Below, in pieces: positions 25,280 through 39,088 of a stretch of 64,000 bases of DNA. The DNA is taken from positions 30,705,481-30,769,480 of the forward strand of contig NC_081372.1 of assembly GCF_030684315.1 (NCBI RefSeq). The letters run 5' to 3'. The position numbers were made by a program, and so were the translations under genes. The stretch's first letter is position 1. Every line of letters starts with the position of its first letter. This DNA comes from Stegostoma tigrinum (taxonomy: Eukaryota). The notes under the pieces were generated by a model. It ran no database searches and was not told where the DNA came from. It saw only the letters and a program-made list of their open reading frames with translations.

Positions 25280-26945
25280 TGAGGTTGGCCCGCTCGCTAA
25301 TCTGGTTTGTTAGTATGCAGACATTTCATTACCCTGCTGGGTAACATCAGTACAGCCTCTGATGGAATGTTGTTTATGTTTCCCTGCTCGTTATTTAAGC
25401 TCTGGGATCAACTGGAGTTGATTAACTCATTGCCGGTTTTTCTTTGCAGTGGTGTATATAGGGTTTAATTCTACAAGTTTCTGATGGCCTTCTTGGTGTA
25501 GAAATTCCCATGCTTATCTCTGTTTGGCTTGTCCTAGGATCCTGACAGTGCCCCAATCAAACGGTTCTCCTTGTCTGTGTATGGGTTGTGTCTTTTTGTT
25601 GCTAGTTGGTGTTCATGTATTCTCGTAGCCTGTCTCCTCCCTGCCTGTCCAATGTCATGTTGGTCACAGCCCTTCCATGGAATCTTGTATATTACGTTGG
25701 TTCTGTCCATAGTGGGAAGGGGGTCTTTGGCTCTTGTAAGTAGTTGGCATAGGGTTGATGTAGGTTTGTGTGCTACTCTGATGCCCAGTGGCTGTAGGAG
25801 TCAGAGATAATAGGAACCGCAGATGCTGGAGAATCCGAGATAACAGAGTGTAGAGCTGGTTGAACACAGCAGGCCAAGCAGCATATTAGGAGCACAAAAG
25901 CTGACATTTCGGGCCTAGACCCTTAGGAGTCTTGTGGTGAGTTCAGATACGTTATTGATGTATGATAACGTGACAAGTGCATTGAAGCGTATTATATCTT
26001 CATGTTATTTATGTGACAGGCACGATCAGGCCCAGCTGTTTAGGTATCCGTTGTCTCTAAATATTTGGTGGAGGTATTTTTCATTTTGGCATAATTCTGG
26101 GTTGCTGCAGTGTGTTGTGGCTTGTTTGAACAATGTTTTTATGTAACTCCAATTGCGGGCGTTGGTATGGTTACTTTTGAAATTTAGGACTTGATGCATG
26201 CACGTACCCTTTCTGTATACTTAGGTCAGAAATTCCCCGTTGGCCCTGCGTTCTACCATCACGTCCATGAATGGGAGTTGTTTGTAATTTTCTTCTTTAG
26301 TGAATTTGATACCAGTGAGGATATTGTTTTTAAGTTGGTGTGTTTCTTCTAGTTTAGTCCATTCAAATGATGACGAAAGTGCATTCCACGTATCAGATCC
26401 ATAGTTAGGGTTGGATCTGTGGAAGGGTCCTGCCTTCAAGTCTCTGCATCACCGGTTATGCTCTTAGTCCAGAGGTGGGTGCCCCATAGGTGCCCGGTTG
26501 ATTTGTTGTAGATCTGACCATTAAAGGTAAAGTGAATCATGAGGCTAGTTTGCTGGCTACCAACAAAAACAACCAATACTCACTTGTCTCCATATACATG
26601 GACAAGGAGAACCACCAGTTTGGTCGGGACAATGTCAAGATCCTAGGACAAGCCAAGCAGAGACAAGTGCAGGAATTTCTACAGGCCTGGCTCTTCACAA
26701 AGAAGGCCATCAATAAACTCATATAATTAGACCCTATGTACACACCACTGCAAAGAAAAACTGGCAATGAGGTCACCAACTCCAAGTGACCTTGGAGTTT
26801 AAATAACAAGCGGGAAAACATAACAACACTTCATCGGAGGCTGCACTGATGTTTCATTACCCTGCTGGGTAACATTGTCTACAAACTAACGAACCAATCA
26901 AAGCATCCTCAATTTAAGCTACAAATCTACTCAAGAACCTTATAA
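25280..26945 (-). mobile_element. Penelope-like element (RT plus GIY-YIG) with an inverted terminal segment
   Basis: Minus strand encodes TGIKFTKEE...LPFMDVMVER..NGEFLT (PLE RT C-terminus) and endonuclease remnants; 26530-26940 is an inverted repeat of the 25290-25630 end. Confidence 0.85.
25803..25923 (-). mobile_element. Solo Penelope pLTR fragment with 8-bp target-site duplication
   Basis: Same terminus as 14865-14990; flanked by TAGGAGTC at 25795-25802 and 25924-25931. Confidence 0.8.
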
Positions 26946-26947
26946 CA

Positions 26948-27073
26948 GGCTAGATGAGTTAACCATGGTAAATGCAGGGTTATGGGGATGGTTAGGGGCA
27001 AGGGGCACATCAGAGGGACAGTGTGGACTCCATGGGCCTGTGTCCTCACTGCAGAGATTCTATGAATTCTATG
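26948..27073 (+). mobile_element. V-SINE 3' part
   Basis: GGCTAGATGAGTTAACCATGGTAAATGCAGGGTTA...GATTCTATGAATTCTATG tail. Confidence 0.7.
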
Positions 27074-27659
27074 CTGTGCCTTGAAAAAAATACTATTCCC
27101 ACTTTAACAAAGGATTTGTTCAGTTTGTGTAAGGAACAACCAAAATCAAGACACAAAGAGTAGATAAGAAACACAGAAGTTATGGAAATATTCAGGTCTG
27201 GCAACATCTGTGGAGAGAAGAGTTTCCCAACCCCACCCAGCCTCAATCCACGACAGGATTTTTTTATCCCCTACCCAACCAACCTCCACACGGCTCTGCT
27301 ATTTCCTCTATCTCTAGTACGATGTCACTAGAAACACTTTCTATCATCTGTTCTTCAAAAGTTCAGATGGCACATGTGATCCAGTACGAGGTCAGATAAA
27401 TGCCTTCTTCCCTTCCCTTGACACCTTCCCATATAGGTATATTAGCGGGTACCTCCATTGTCCTCAGCATCAAAGGCCACAAATTCTTTACTTCAATGAA
27501 ACAGAAATTCAAGTACTACTTTCAATTTTAGCCATATGAATATTTGATCTATAAAATAGTATCCTTCCAGGGGACTTATGCACTCAAAATTCAGAAAGTT
27601 AGTACAAAACATTAAAACTCACGTCAATTATCATATGAAAAATAATACTTTTCTCTATT

Positions 27660-30600
27660 ACATAGAACATAACAGCACAGTACAGGCCCTTCGGCCCTCA
27701 AAGTTGTGCCGACCTGTCATACTGATCTGAAGCCCATCTAACCTACACTATTCCATGTACGTCCATATGCTCATCCAATGACGACTTAAATGTACCTAAA
27801 GTTGGCGAATCTATTACCATTGCAGGCAAAGCGTTCCATTCCCTTACCACACTCTGAGTAAAGAAACTACCTCTGACATCTGTCCTATATCTTTCACCCC
27901 TCAATTTAAAGCTATGCCCCCTTGTGCTCGCCGTCACCATCCTAGGAAAAAGGCTCTCCCTATCCACCCTCTGATTATTTTATATGTTTCAATTAAGTCA
28001 CCTCTCAACCTTCTTCTCTCTAATGAAAAGAGCCTCAAGTCCCTCAGACTTTCCTCATAAGACCTTCCCTCCATACCAGGCAACATCCTAGTAAATCTCC
28101 TCTGCACCCTTTCCAAAGCTTCCACATCCTTCTTATAATGCGGTGACCAGAACTGTACGCAATACTCCAAGTGCGGCCGCACCAGAGTTTTGTACAGCTG
28201 TAGCATAACCTCTTGGTTCCGGAACTTGATCCCTCTATTAATAAAAGCTAAAACACTGCATGCCTTCTTAACAGCCCCGTCAACCTGGGTGGCAACTTTC
28301 AAGGATCTGTGTACGTGGCCACCAAGATCTCTCTGCTCACCTACGCTACCAAGAATCTTACCATTAGCACTGTACTTTGCCTTCCGGTTACTCCTACCAA
28401 AGTGCATCACCTCACACTTGTCCACATTAAACCCCATTTGCCAGCTCTGCAGCTTATCTATGTCTCTCTGCAACCTACAGCATCCTTCGTCACTATCCAC
28501 AACTCCACCGACCTTAGTGTCGGCTGCAAATTTACTAACCCATCCTTCTACGCCCTCATCCAGGTAATTTATAAAAATGACAAACAGCAGTGGACCCAAC
28601 ACCGACCCTTGCGGTACATCACTAGTAACTGGTCTCCAGGATGAACATTTCCCATCAACTACCACCCTCTGTCTTCTTTCATCAAGCCAATTTCCGATCC
28701 AAACTGCTATATCTCCCACAATTCCATTCCTCTGCATTTTGTACAATAGCCTACTGTGGGGAACCTTATCAAACGCCTTGCTGAAATCCATGTACACCAC
28801 ATCAACCGGTTTACTCTCATCTACCTGTTTGGTCACCTTCTCAAAGAACTCAATAAAGGTTTGTGAAGCACGACCTTCCCTTCACAAAACCATGCTGACT
28901 ATCCCTAATCAATTTATTCTTTTCTAGATGATTATAAATCCTATCCCTTATAACCTTTTCCAATACTTTACCAACAACTGAGGTAAGGCTCACTGGTCTA
29001 TAATTACCAGGCTTGTCTCTACTCCCCTTCTTGAACAGGGGAACCACATTTGCTATCCTCCAGTCATCTGGCACTATTCCTGTAGACAATGACGAGTTAA
29101 AGATCAATGCCAAAGGCTCGGCAATCTCCTCCCTGGCTTCCCAGAGGATCCAACGATAAATCCCATCCGGCCCAGGGAACTTATCTATCTTCACCATCTG
29201 GAGGATTTCTAAGACCTCTTCCTCGTGAACCTCAATCACACCTAGTCTAGTAGCCTGTATCTCAGTATTCTCGACAACATTGTTGTTTTCTAGAGCGAAT
29301 ACTGTTGAAAAATACTCATTTAGTGCTTCCCCCATCTCCTCTGACTCCACACACAACTTACCACTACTATCCTTGAGTGGCCCTAATCTTATTTTTATCA
29401 TTCTTTTATTCCTCAAATACCCATAGAAAGCCTTAGGGTTTACCCTGATCCTATCCACCAAAAACTTCTCATGTCTCCTCCTGGCTCTTCTGAGCTCTCT
29501 CTTTAGGTCTTTCCTGGCTACCTCGTAGCCTTCAAGCGCCCTAACTGAGCCTTCACATCTCATCCTAACATAAGCCTTCTTCTTCCTCTTGACCAGAGAT
29601 TAAACCTCCTTCGAAACCACGGCTCCCATGCTCTACAGCTTCCTCCCTGTCTGACAGATAATTACTTATCTAGGACACACAGGAGCTTTTCCTTGAATAA
29701 GCTCCACATTTCTAATGTGCCCATCCCCTGCAGTTTCCTGCCCCATTCTATGCTCCCTAAATCTTGCCTAATCTCATCGTAATTGCCTTTCCCCCAGCTA
29801 TAACTCTCGCCCAGTGGTATACACCTATCCCTTTCCATCACTAAACAGAACAGAATTGTGATCGCTATCACCAAAGTGCTCACCTACTTCCAAATCTAAC
29901 ACCTGGCCAGGCTCATTACCCAGTACCAAATCTGATGTGGCTTTGCCCCTTGTTGGCCTATCTACATACTGTGTCAGGAAGCCCTCCTGCACGCACTGGA
30001 GAAAAATTGACCCATCTATAGTACTCGAACTATAGTCCCTAGTCAATATTTGGAAAGTTGAAGTCCCCCATGACAACTACCCTGTCTCTCTCACTCCTAT
30101 CAAGAATCATCTTTGCTATCCTTTCCTCTACATCTCTGGAACTATTCAGAGGCCTATAGAAAACTCCCAAAAGGGTGACCTCTCCTTTCCTGTTTCTAAC
30201 CTCAGCCCATACTACCTCAGTTGACGAGTCCCCAAACATCCTTTCTGCAACTGTAATACTGTCCTTGAACAACAATGCCACACCTCCACCCCTTTTACCA
30301 TCTTCTCTGTTCTTACTGAAACATCTAAATCCCGGAACCTGCAACAACCATTCCTGTCCCTGCTCTATCCATGTCTCCAAAATGGCCACAACATCAAAGT
30401 CCCAGGTACTAACCCATGCTGCAAGTTCACCCACCTTATTCCGAACGCTCCTGGCATTGAAGTAGACACACTTCAAACCAACTTCTTGCTTGTCGGTGCC
30501 ATCTTGCGTGTCTGAAACTTTATTTCGGACCACCCTACTCTCAACTTTTTCTGTAGTCGAACTACAATTTTGGTTCCCATCCCCCTGCTGAATTAGTTTA

Positions 30601-30855
30601 AACCCACCCGAATGGCCTTCGCAAATTTCCTCCCCAGGATATCGGTACCCCTCTGGTTCAGGTGAAGACCATCTTGCTTGTAGAGGTCCCACCTACCCCA
30701 GAAAAAGCCCCAATTATCCAAGAATCCAAAACCCTCCCTCCTGCACCATCCCTGTAGCCACGTGTTCAACTCCTCTCTCTCCCTCTTCCTCGCCTCACTA
30801 GCAAGTGGCACAGGCAACAAACCAGACACAACAACTGTTCGTCCTAGCTCTCAGC
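27660..30855 (-). mobile_element. Young 5'-truncated CR1 LINE: ORF1 esterase C-terminus plus frameshifted ORF2 (APE endonuclease, RT)
   Basis: ORF1 ...WGRWDLYKQDGLHLN (SGNH DxxH); EN: YFNARS, ILETW, GVFYRP, VMGDFN, SDH; RT: PGNYRPVSLTS, QHGF, YMDFSKAFDKV, VPQGSVLGPLLF, KFAADTK; 3' tail TATGTTCTATGT. Confidence 0.95.
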
Positions 30856-31499
30856 TTCCATCCATTCCATACATTCAAATGTATCTTTAACACCAATGTC
30901 AAAACATTGGCAACGACTTCATCAGTCATCCTTACAGCTTCTCTCAAGAACAACATTGGCATTTTGTAAGCATTTTTGACTGATAATCCTGAAGTGACAA
31001 CAAACAGACTGCTCAGATTTATTTCAATGCTGTTCAGCTGCTATACAATAAACAAGTTCTACTTCTCTACAAACATTATTAATGCACCATTAGATATTTA
31101 CCATAAAGTTAAGAAAGTGATTTCTTGACGACCAGGTAAATACGATAATTAATTCTTCTTGAGCAGATTTCAATGAAAAACACAATAACAAACAGTTTAC
31201 CAAAGCTGCTGTCAATCATTCAGCAAACATTTTGCTGACCCAACTACATTCTATTTTACTATTCTTTGTAAGTAGCCACTACTTTTTTAGAAAAAAGACT
31301 TGGTCCTGATTTGGCTGAGACATACAGACTAAAAGAAAATGTCCAGTTTTCTGGTCAGAGCTAATTTTAATGGAGATTCATCTAATCATCACTCAGATTA
31401 TAGAAATATTTTCTATACAAGTGTGTAGATCACCGATTAATCCTTTTTTTTTGTTTGCCTCATACAAATTGGATTCCATCCAATAAGTTTACAGCACAA

Positions 31500-32110
31500 G
31501 ACAAAGGTAGAGTGGCCAACGTCTGCTTCTATTGAGTCTGTTCTGCCATTCAATGAGGTCATGGCTAATCCTCAAATCTGTTTTCCTGTCTTTTCCCCAC
31601 AACTCTTAACCTGTTTACAGACTAAAAATCTCTCAGTTTTGAATACCCTTCAAAACCCATCAACTACAGTGCTCTGTGGGAAATAATTCCGCAAATTCAT
31701 CATCATGTAGGAAAGAATATTCCTCATCTCTGTCCTAACTAGGTAACCCTTTACTCCGATATGCTACCCTCTGGTCCTAGATGCTCCCACAATGGGAAAT
31801 AATCTCTCCACATCTACCCTGCCAAGCCCCCTAGGAATCTTGAATATTTCACCATTCATTCTTCCAAACTCCATTAAGTACAGGCCCAAAATACTTAACC
31901 TCTCCTTATAAAGCAATCATTCCATACCAGGTGAACTTTCTCTGAACTGCTTCTAATGCCAATATAACATTCCTTAGATAAGGGATCCAAAACTGCTTGC
32001 AGTAGTCCAGCCATCATCAACTACTGCATTGCATAGATTTACCAAAACCCCTCTACTTTTATACTCCATTTCATACAACTTGCATTTATAAAGCACCCAT
32101 AACATAGCAA
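31500..32110 (-). mobile_element. CR1-type LINE 3' fragment
   Basis: YEMEYKSRGVLVNL...; 3' UTR similar to the reverse complement of 1250-1695. Confidence 0.7.
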
Positions 32111-32129
32111 AATATGTACATGATTCAGA

Positions 32130-33355
32130 GGAGGGTGGCATTACTGGCTGGGTCACCATTTATTGCCCATCCATGGTTGCCCTCAAGAAGATGGTGGTGA
32201 GCTGCTTTCATGAATGTTAGTTATTTGGTCTAGAAAATAATGTCAGAGAGGCCATTTCAGCACATTGCCAGATAAATATATTTCTACTGTTTCAGTGTTG
32301 CTAAATGAGAATGGCAAGTGTCTCACAGGGGAACTTGCAGGAAGTGGTGTCCCCACGTATCTGCTGCTGTCGTCTTTCTAACTGGTAGTGGTCAATAGTT
32401 TGGAAGATGCTGTCTCAGAAACACTGATGAATTTTTGCAATGCATTTTGCAGATGGTATACACTGCTGCTACTGGAACATCAGTGGAGGAGGGCGTGAAT
32501 GTTTGTGGATGTGGTGCCAATCAAGGCTGCTTTGTCTTGGACGGTGTCATACTTATTGAGAGTTGTTGGATTTGCACTCATCTAGACAACTGGGGAATAT
32601 TCCATTACACTCCTGACTTTTGCCTTGTAGATGGTAGACAGGTTTTGGTGAGTTACTTGTTGCAGGATTCCCAGCCTATATTTGTTCTTTTAGCCAGAGA
32701 ATATTTATGTCTCATCCAATCCAATTTCTGGTCACTGGTAATGTTGATTTTAGGGGCTTTGTTGACAGTGGTGCCAATGAATGTTGGCGACAATGGTTTC
32801 ATTGTTAGAGATAGTCATTGCACGCCACCTGTATAACACAAATGTTATTTGTCACTCATCAGCCCAAACTATCTACATTTACTACATTTGGACACAGACC
32901 ACTTCAGTATCTGTAAAGTCAAAAATGGTGTTGAACACTGTCGTCGAAAGTGAACATCTCCACATCTGACCTTATGATGGAGGGAAGTAAATTGATGAAT
33001 CAACCAAAGATGGTGTGTCATTAGGACATTCTCCTGAGGAACTACTGCAGTGATGTCCTGGAGCGGAGATGACTGACCTCCAACATCCATAATCATCTTC
33101 TTTTGTTCCAGGTACGAGTCCATCCTGCAAGAGGTTGCCTCTCATCCCGATTCTCATTGGTTATAGTTTTGCTAGGGCTCATTGATCCCATACTCGGTCA
33201 AATGCTGGCTCATTGTCAAGGGGAGTCATTCCTACCTCATCTTTCTGGTTCAGCTGTTTTGTCCACGTTTGGACTGGGGTGAAAGTGACCCTGGCAGAAC
33301 CCAATCTGACTATCAATGAGTAGATTACAGCTAAGCAAGTGTCACCTGATAGCAC
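32130..33355 (-). mobile_element. Decayed LINE (CR1/L2-group) RT and 3' end; probable partner of the Deu-like SINE
   Basis: AFDRVWDQ, QDITAVVPQENVL; 3' terminus GCTGGGTCACCATTTATTGCCCATCC shared with SINE tails; paralog at 55045-57120. Confidence 0.75.
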
Positions 33356-33374
33356 TTTTTTTAAAATCCACTCA

Positions 33375-33745
33375 TGGGACGACAGCATTGCTGGTTAGGC
33401 CAGCATTTATTGCTCATCCCCAATCGCCCAGAAGGCAGTCAAGAGTCAACCACTTTGCTGTGGGTCTGGAGTCATATGCAGGCTTCTCGAGGTAAGGATG
33501 GCAGATTTCCCTTCCTAAAGGTTGCTAATGAACCAGATGGGTTTTTCCTGACAATCGAATATGGTTTCAAGGTATGCAATAGACTCTTAAATCCAGACTT
33601 TTTTAAAATTTAATTCAAATTCTATCAGCTGCCACGGTGGGATTTGAACCCAGGTCCCTAGAACATTAGCTGAGTTTCTGGATTAATAGTCTAGCAATAA
33701 TCCACTGGGCCGTCACCTCCCCAATACCACTAGGCCATCACCACC
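33375..33745 (-). mobile_element. tRNA-derived SINE, probably DeuSINE/SacSINE1-like
   Basis: Minus strand head GACGGCCCAGTGG...GGACCTGGGTTCAAATCCCACC (B box), body TGACTCCAGACCCACAGCAAAGTGGTTGACTCTT, tail GCAATAAATGCTGGCC. Confidence 0.7.
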
Positions 33746-35173
33746 CTGTTGAAGACGATTTTACTGATTGTCTCCCTCTGCTCCAGGTCCCACATATTCC
33801 ATCTGATGCTCTCCTCCAACCCCAGCCTGTCCCTGTCTCCTTTTCCTCCAGGTGCAACCTATCTCAAGTTTCTCTTTACACACCTATGTCCTATTCAAAT
33901 TCTCTGATCACTGATTTCACTTGTTTCCATATCCAATGCAACTCTTCACCCATCAGTCACATGCTTCTTCCCCACACCTTTCCTAACACAAAAGTTCACA
34001 CTTTCTGGAGAAATGATGAAATGTGACAGCAGCAAGAAGTATTAACACAAGTTGGTTTAGCACAATCTCAAAAATCCACTCATCTCAGCAAATGATGAAA
34101 TGGCATTCATTTGTTCATCCAGATAGCTTCAATTCATATGTTGTCTCCACTTTGATACATGCTGCCCAGTCAGCTTTAAAAGTAGGTATTTAGTAACCAA
34201 GCAATATACATGTACGTTTAATAGATAACCCAACCTGTTCACAAAACTGCAGGTCACAAAGCCTGAGGCATCCATGGAGATTAAATCAACTACTTCATAT
34301 CCATGTGAATAACACAAGTACATTGGATGATGAGCTGTGTTCACTGCATATATATAACTTGTGTTAGCCTTTCTGGGCCATCCTGCTGCAGATTGTATCA
34401 CAGGCTATTGAAAGCTGCTGAGTAGGAAGCAATCTTAAACCTGGCTATAATCCAATGTTGGCAGCAAATACTCCATTGCCCCTCCTCCAACAGACCAAAT
34501 CAGCTACAGGGAAATTTTCCCACATCCTAAGCCAATCACAAATTTTGAACAGTCTATCCTAGGATTCTGAGGTGGTATCCAAGTCCTCAGTTCCAGACAC
34601 ACGCCCAACTCCCAACCTTAAACCCGACCAGTTAAATAGGTCTTTGATTAAAGACCAGCTCCTCTAAGGGCAAATTTCCTGTCTCCCATAGTTACTGCTC
34701 CTTCAATCAATGCTGTTTTCATTCTTGCACCAGGTATCATACTTGCCTGCTGAAGATAGGGTGTAAAGAATGAGATAGAAAAGGTTATCACGTTCACTAT
34801 CACAAAAAACAGCATTTATGACTTTGAGGACTGTTTCAGTCTTCGGCCAGAAAATCTGTCTGCAGAAATTTGTATATGGAATTGAATGTATGTAGACAAC
34901 GATTTGGGAGGCAATGAACACATTCAAGAATTTGAGAAAAGTAGGGTTAGCGATGGGTGTTAGTTTACATGCACAAAGAAGTAGCTGCATAAAATTTAAT
35001 TTTATATATAGTTATGAAGCCTATTATGATCTGAATTATGGTTGAATAGATACAAATCAAACTTCTAAATGCATGTTTTAACAAACTGTTCATCAAATGC
35101 TACTTATAATTTACAAATAAGTAGGACCTAGATTTCGAATCCACCAACACTCATTTTTGACATTTGAATGTCA

Positions 35174-35392
<219 letters not shown>

Positions 35393-36000
35393 TTATACAT
35401 AAAAATATAATAATTGCATTAGCAGGTATAGTGTAAATTATCCTGAAAAATTTTTCGCGAAACATTTTATTATTCCTTAAGATTTCATTCGAACTGTAAA
35501 ATCAAACTTTCATAGTTTTTCATTAAATTTAATCATCATGCACACATATACTTTGAAAGAATGTTTAACATGAATATAATGTTTCTATACAAATCGATCC
35601 GCTGCATCACCATAAAGTACAAAACAAGACATGCGCTACTGACTGCATGATGGCCAACCTCACTTCCATGCCCTTACTAGTGCATCCTTAGCCTGTCACA
35701 TTTCTATAATTTGAAACTACAATATCAAAGCATTTCTGATATGTCTACAATTAAAAGTGAATTTCGCACTCTATCGAGATTCATGTTAACTTTAGGTTTT
35801 CCCCCCCGCTCAATCTTAAATCCCTCATTTCATTTTCTTTCTTCTTGATGAATGTGGCCTTAAGTTTTAGCAGTTCAGCTTGCCTACACTACTGACTGAT
35901 GTTATGCCCACACTTAAATGCTACAAAAAGTATCACTGACCAACCAAGAAAACTGCACAACTTTTAGTAAATTTGAAACAATAGCAACATTTATTTGTTA

Positions 36001-36210
36001 CAGAGGCAGTAGGAACTGCCGATGCTGGAGAATCTGAGATAGCATGGTGTGAAGCTGGACGAACACAGCAGGCCAAGCAGCATCAGAGGAGCAGGAAAGT
36101 TTGACGTTTTGGGTCGAGATCCTTCTTCTGAAGAAGGGTCTCGACCCAAAATGTCAAACTTTCCTGCTCCTCTGATGCTGCTTGGCCTGCTGTGTTCATC
36201 CAGCTTCACA
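36001..36210. repeat. Palindromic Penelope pLTR pair (81-bp arms, 1-nt loop at 36129)
   Basis: 36048-36128 is the reverse complement of 36130-36210 with 3 mismatches by eye. Confidence 0.92.
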
Positions 36211-37079
36211 TCCTGCAATATTTATTTGTGTGCCTAATCATTCTATCCCTATAACAGTCACCATATCTTGGCCCTGGCCCAAAGTTAACTGCAAAACAAA
36301 ATACCAAAGATGCATAAACTGAGATGCAGTACATATTCTGAATGTTGAATCTTAAAGTTTTGATTATGTTGCTATCATAAAATGAAGTTGGATTCACTGC
36401 AGATGACTGATTAGACAGAAAGATGTGGTTGGTGCAACCTATCAAAATAAAACGTAGCACAACACAAGTAGCTTTTACTATTGAGGTTTGGCAACCTCTG
36501 TGGAGAGAGTTAACATTCCTGGTCACTAACCTTTCTTAGTAATTTCAAACTAATTAAGAGATACCTATTTTAAGAGGTAACTAAACTGCTTTGTCCACAG
36601 ATACTGCTGGGTCCGCTGAACATTTGTCAACCACAGTACTTTACTCATGTGATTTCTACGGTTTATGGGCAGGGGTTAAGGAAAATCGGCATAAGTATGT
36701 CAACAATTTTCTCAACATTACATGTTTCTCTCAACAAAGTAACAGTTGCAAACATCTGCAGAATCAATAACTATTCTGCAGTACTCTGAAGGGCTGCAGC
36801 AAAAACTTTACAGTCACAAGCAATGTGTTTTAATTTGTTCCAACTTCTGATACCATTGATAAAATCACAAAGAAAAATAAGAGCAATTATTGAACTACAC
36901 CCTCAAATCTTTGATAAAAATTGGTATGGCTGTGATATTTAAATGTCCATTCACTTAACTATAAATGTTCAGTGTAAAAAAATCTTAATTTGATTGATCA
37001 ATAAAGAAACAAACCTCGAATTATTTTGATGTAGCTATCTCATATAAAGACTCTAAAGTCCAATAATGTAGGGAATTAT

Positions 37080-37590
37080 AGAAATATACTGCACAGGGAG
37101 GTCTGTGCGTCTGGAAAAATTATCCTATTAGTCCCGTTGAATCCCTATTGCCTTGTAACTTCTTCCTTCAATTTTTTCTCCAATATCCTTTTGAAAGTGA
37201 ATTTTGAATCTGTTTCTATCACCACTTCAGGCAATGCATTCCAGTACATACTTTGGATCATTTAAAAGAAAAATTATCTTGCCTCTAACTCTTTTGCCAA
37301 GTACCTTAACTCTGATCAGGTACAAACCCAGCTACCATTAGAAGAAGCTTCTCTCAAAAGTTAATCAAAACCCTCAGATTTTGAACATCTCCATCGAATT
37401 TCTCTTTATTCTGCTCCAAAGAGAACAATCCCAGCTTCTCTGGTCAATTCATAGACTTTAAGTCGCACATCACTGGTGTAGTCTGACAAAGTGCATTCAG
37501 GACCTCTCATGTCTCAAAATGTTTCCTGACTTTTGGTGCTCAGAATTGAATGCAAGTGTAGCCCAAAGAGAGGTTTATAAAGATTTATGT
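37080..37590 (-). mobile_element. Old CR1-type LINE 3' fragment
   Basis: Degenerate CR1 3' motifs (GGCAATGCATTCCAG, CTGCTCCAAAGAGAACAATCCCAGCTTCTC). Confidence 0.6.
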
Positions 37591-38090
37591 ACTGTAGATT
37601 AGGGTTAAGGTTGTGAAATGCCTTTTGAAAGTCCATGACCACTCTTCCTTGAAGATTATATTATTTAACTGATGATGAAAAATCATTTATAAATGTGTAA
37701 TGTAATTCTACGCAGCATCCCACCCCATAAGTAAGAGAAATATATTATTTTACACAGGGTATCTAAATCTGACATGTGTTCGTGATGCCACTATTTACAA
37801 ATATTCACTGAAAGCCATTCCAAACAGAAGAAAGAAGCAAAGTATACTTGTGACCCTCAATAGTGCATTATATACAATTGGCATTGACAGTTAAACATAA
37901 TTGTAAAATAAATACTTTTACACACACATTAGCCTGCTTCTTCATAAATTTGGACATATTACTACTTTAGCCATTTTCATTATTTGAAGCAGTTTACTTC
38001 AAATTAGCTTCGATGAAATATAAACCTTTACATGATCCAATTTCTTGTGAGGTTTCAAAACTAGGAAAATTAATATACTTCAGATGAAGA

Positions 38091-39088
<998 letters not shown>

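Noticed and set aside
28190-30465. Several plus-strand ORFs over 90 aa
   Set aside because: Antisense shadows of the CR1 ORF2.
33640-33725. tRNA-like A/B boxes (also ~2100-2148, 25065-25130, 49450-49530, 60800-60850)
   Set aside because: SINE heads attached to SINE bodies; no complete cloverleaf, so not tRNA genes.
35991-36237. Two near-identical ORFs on opposite strands
   Set aside because: Direct consequence of the palindrome; no coding evidence.
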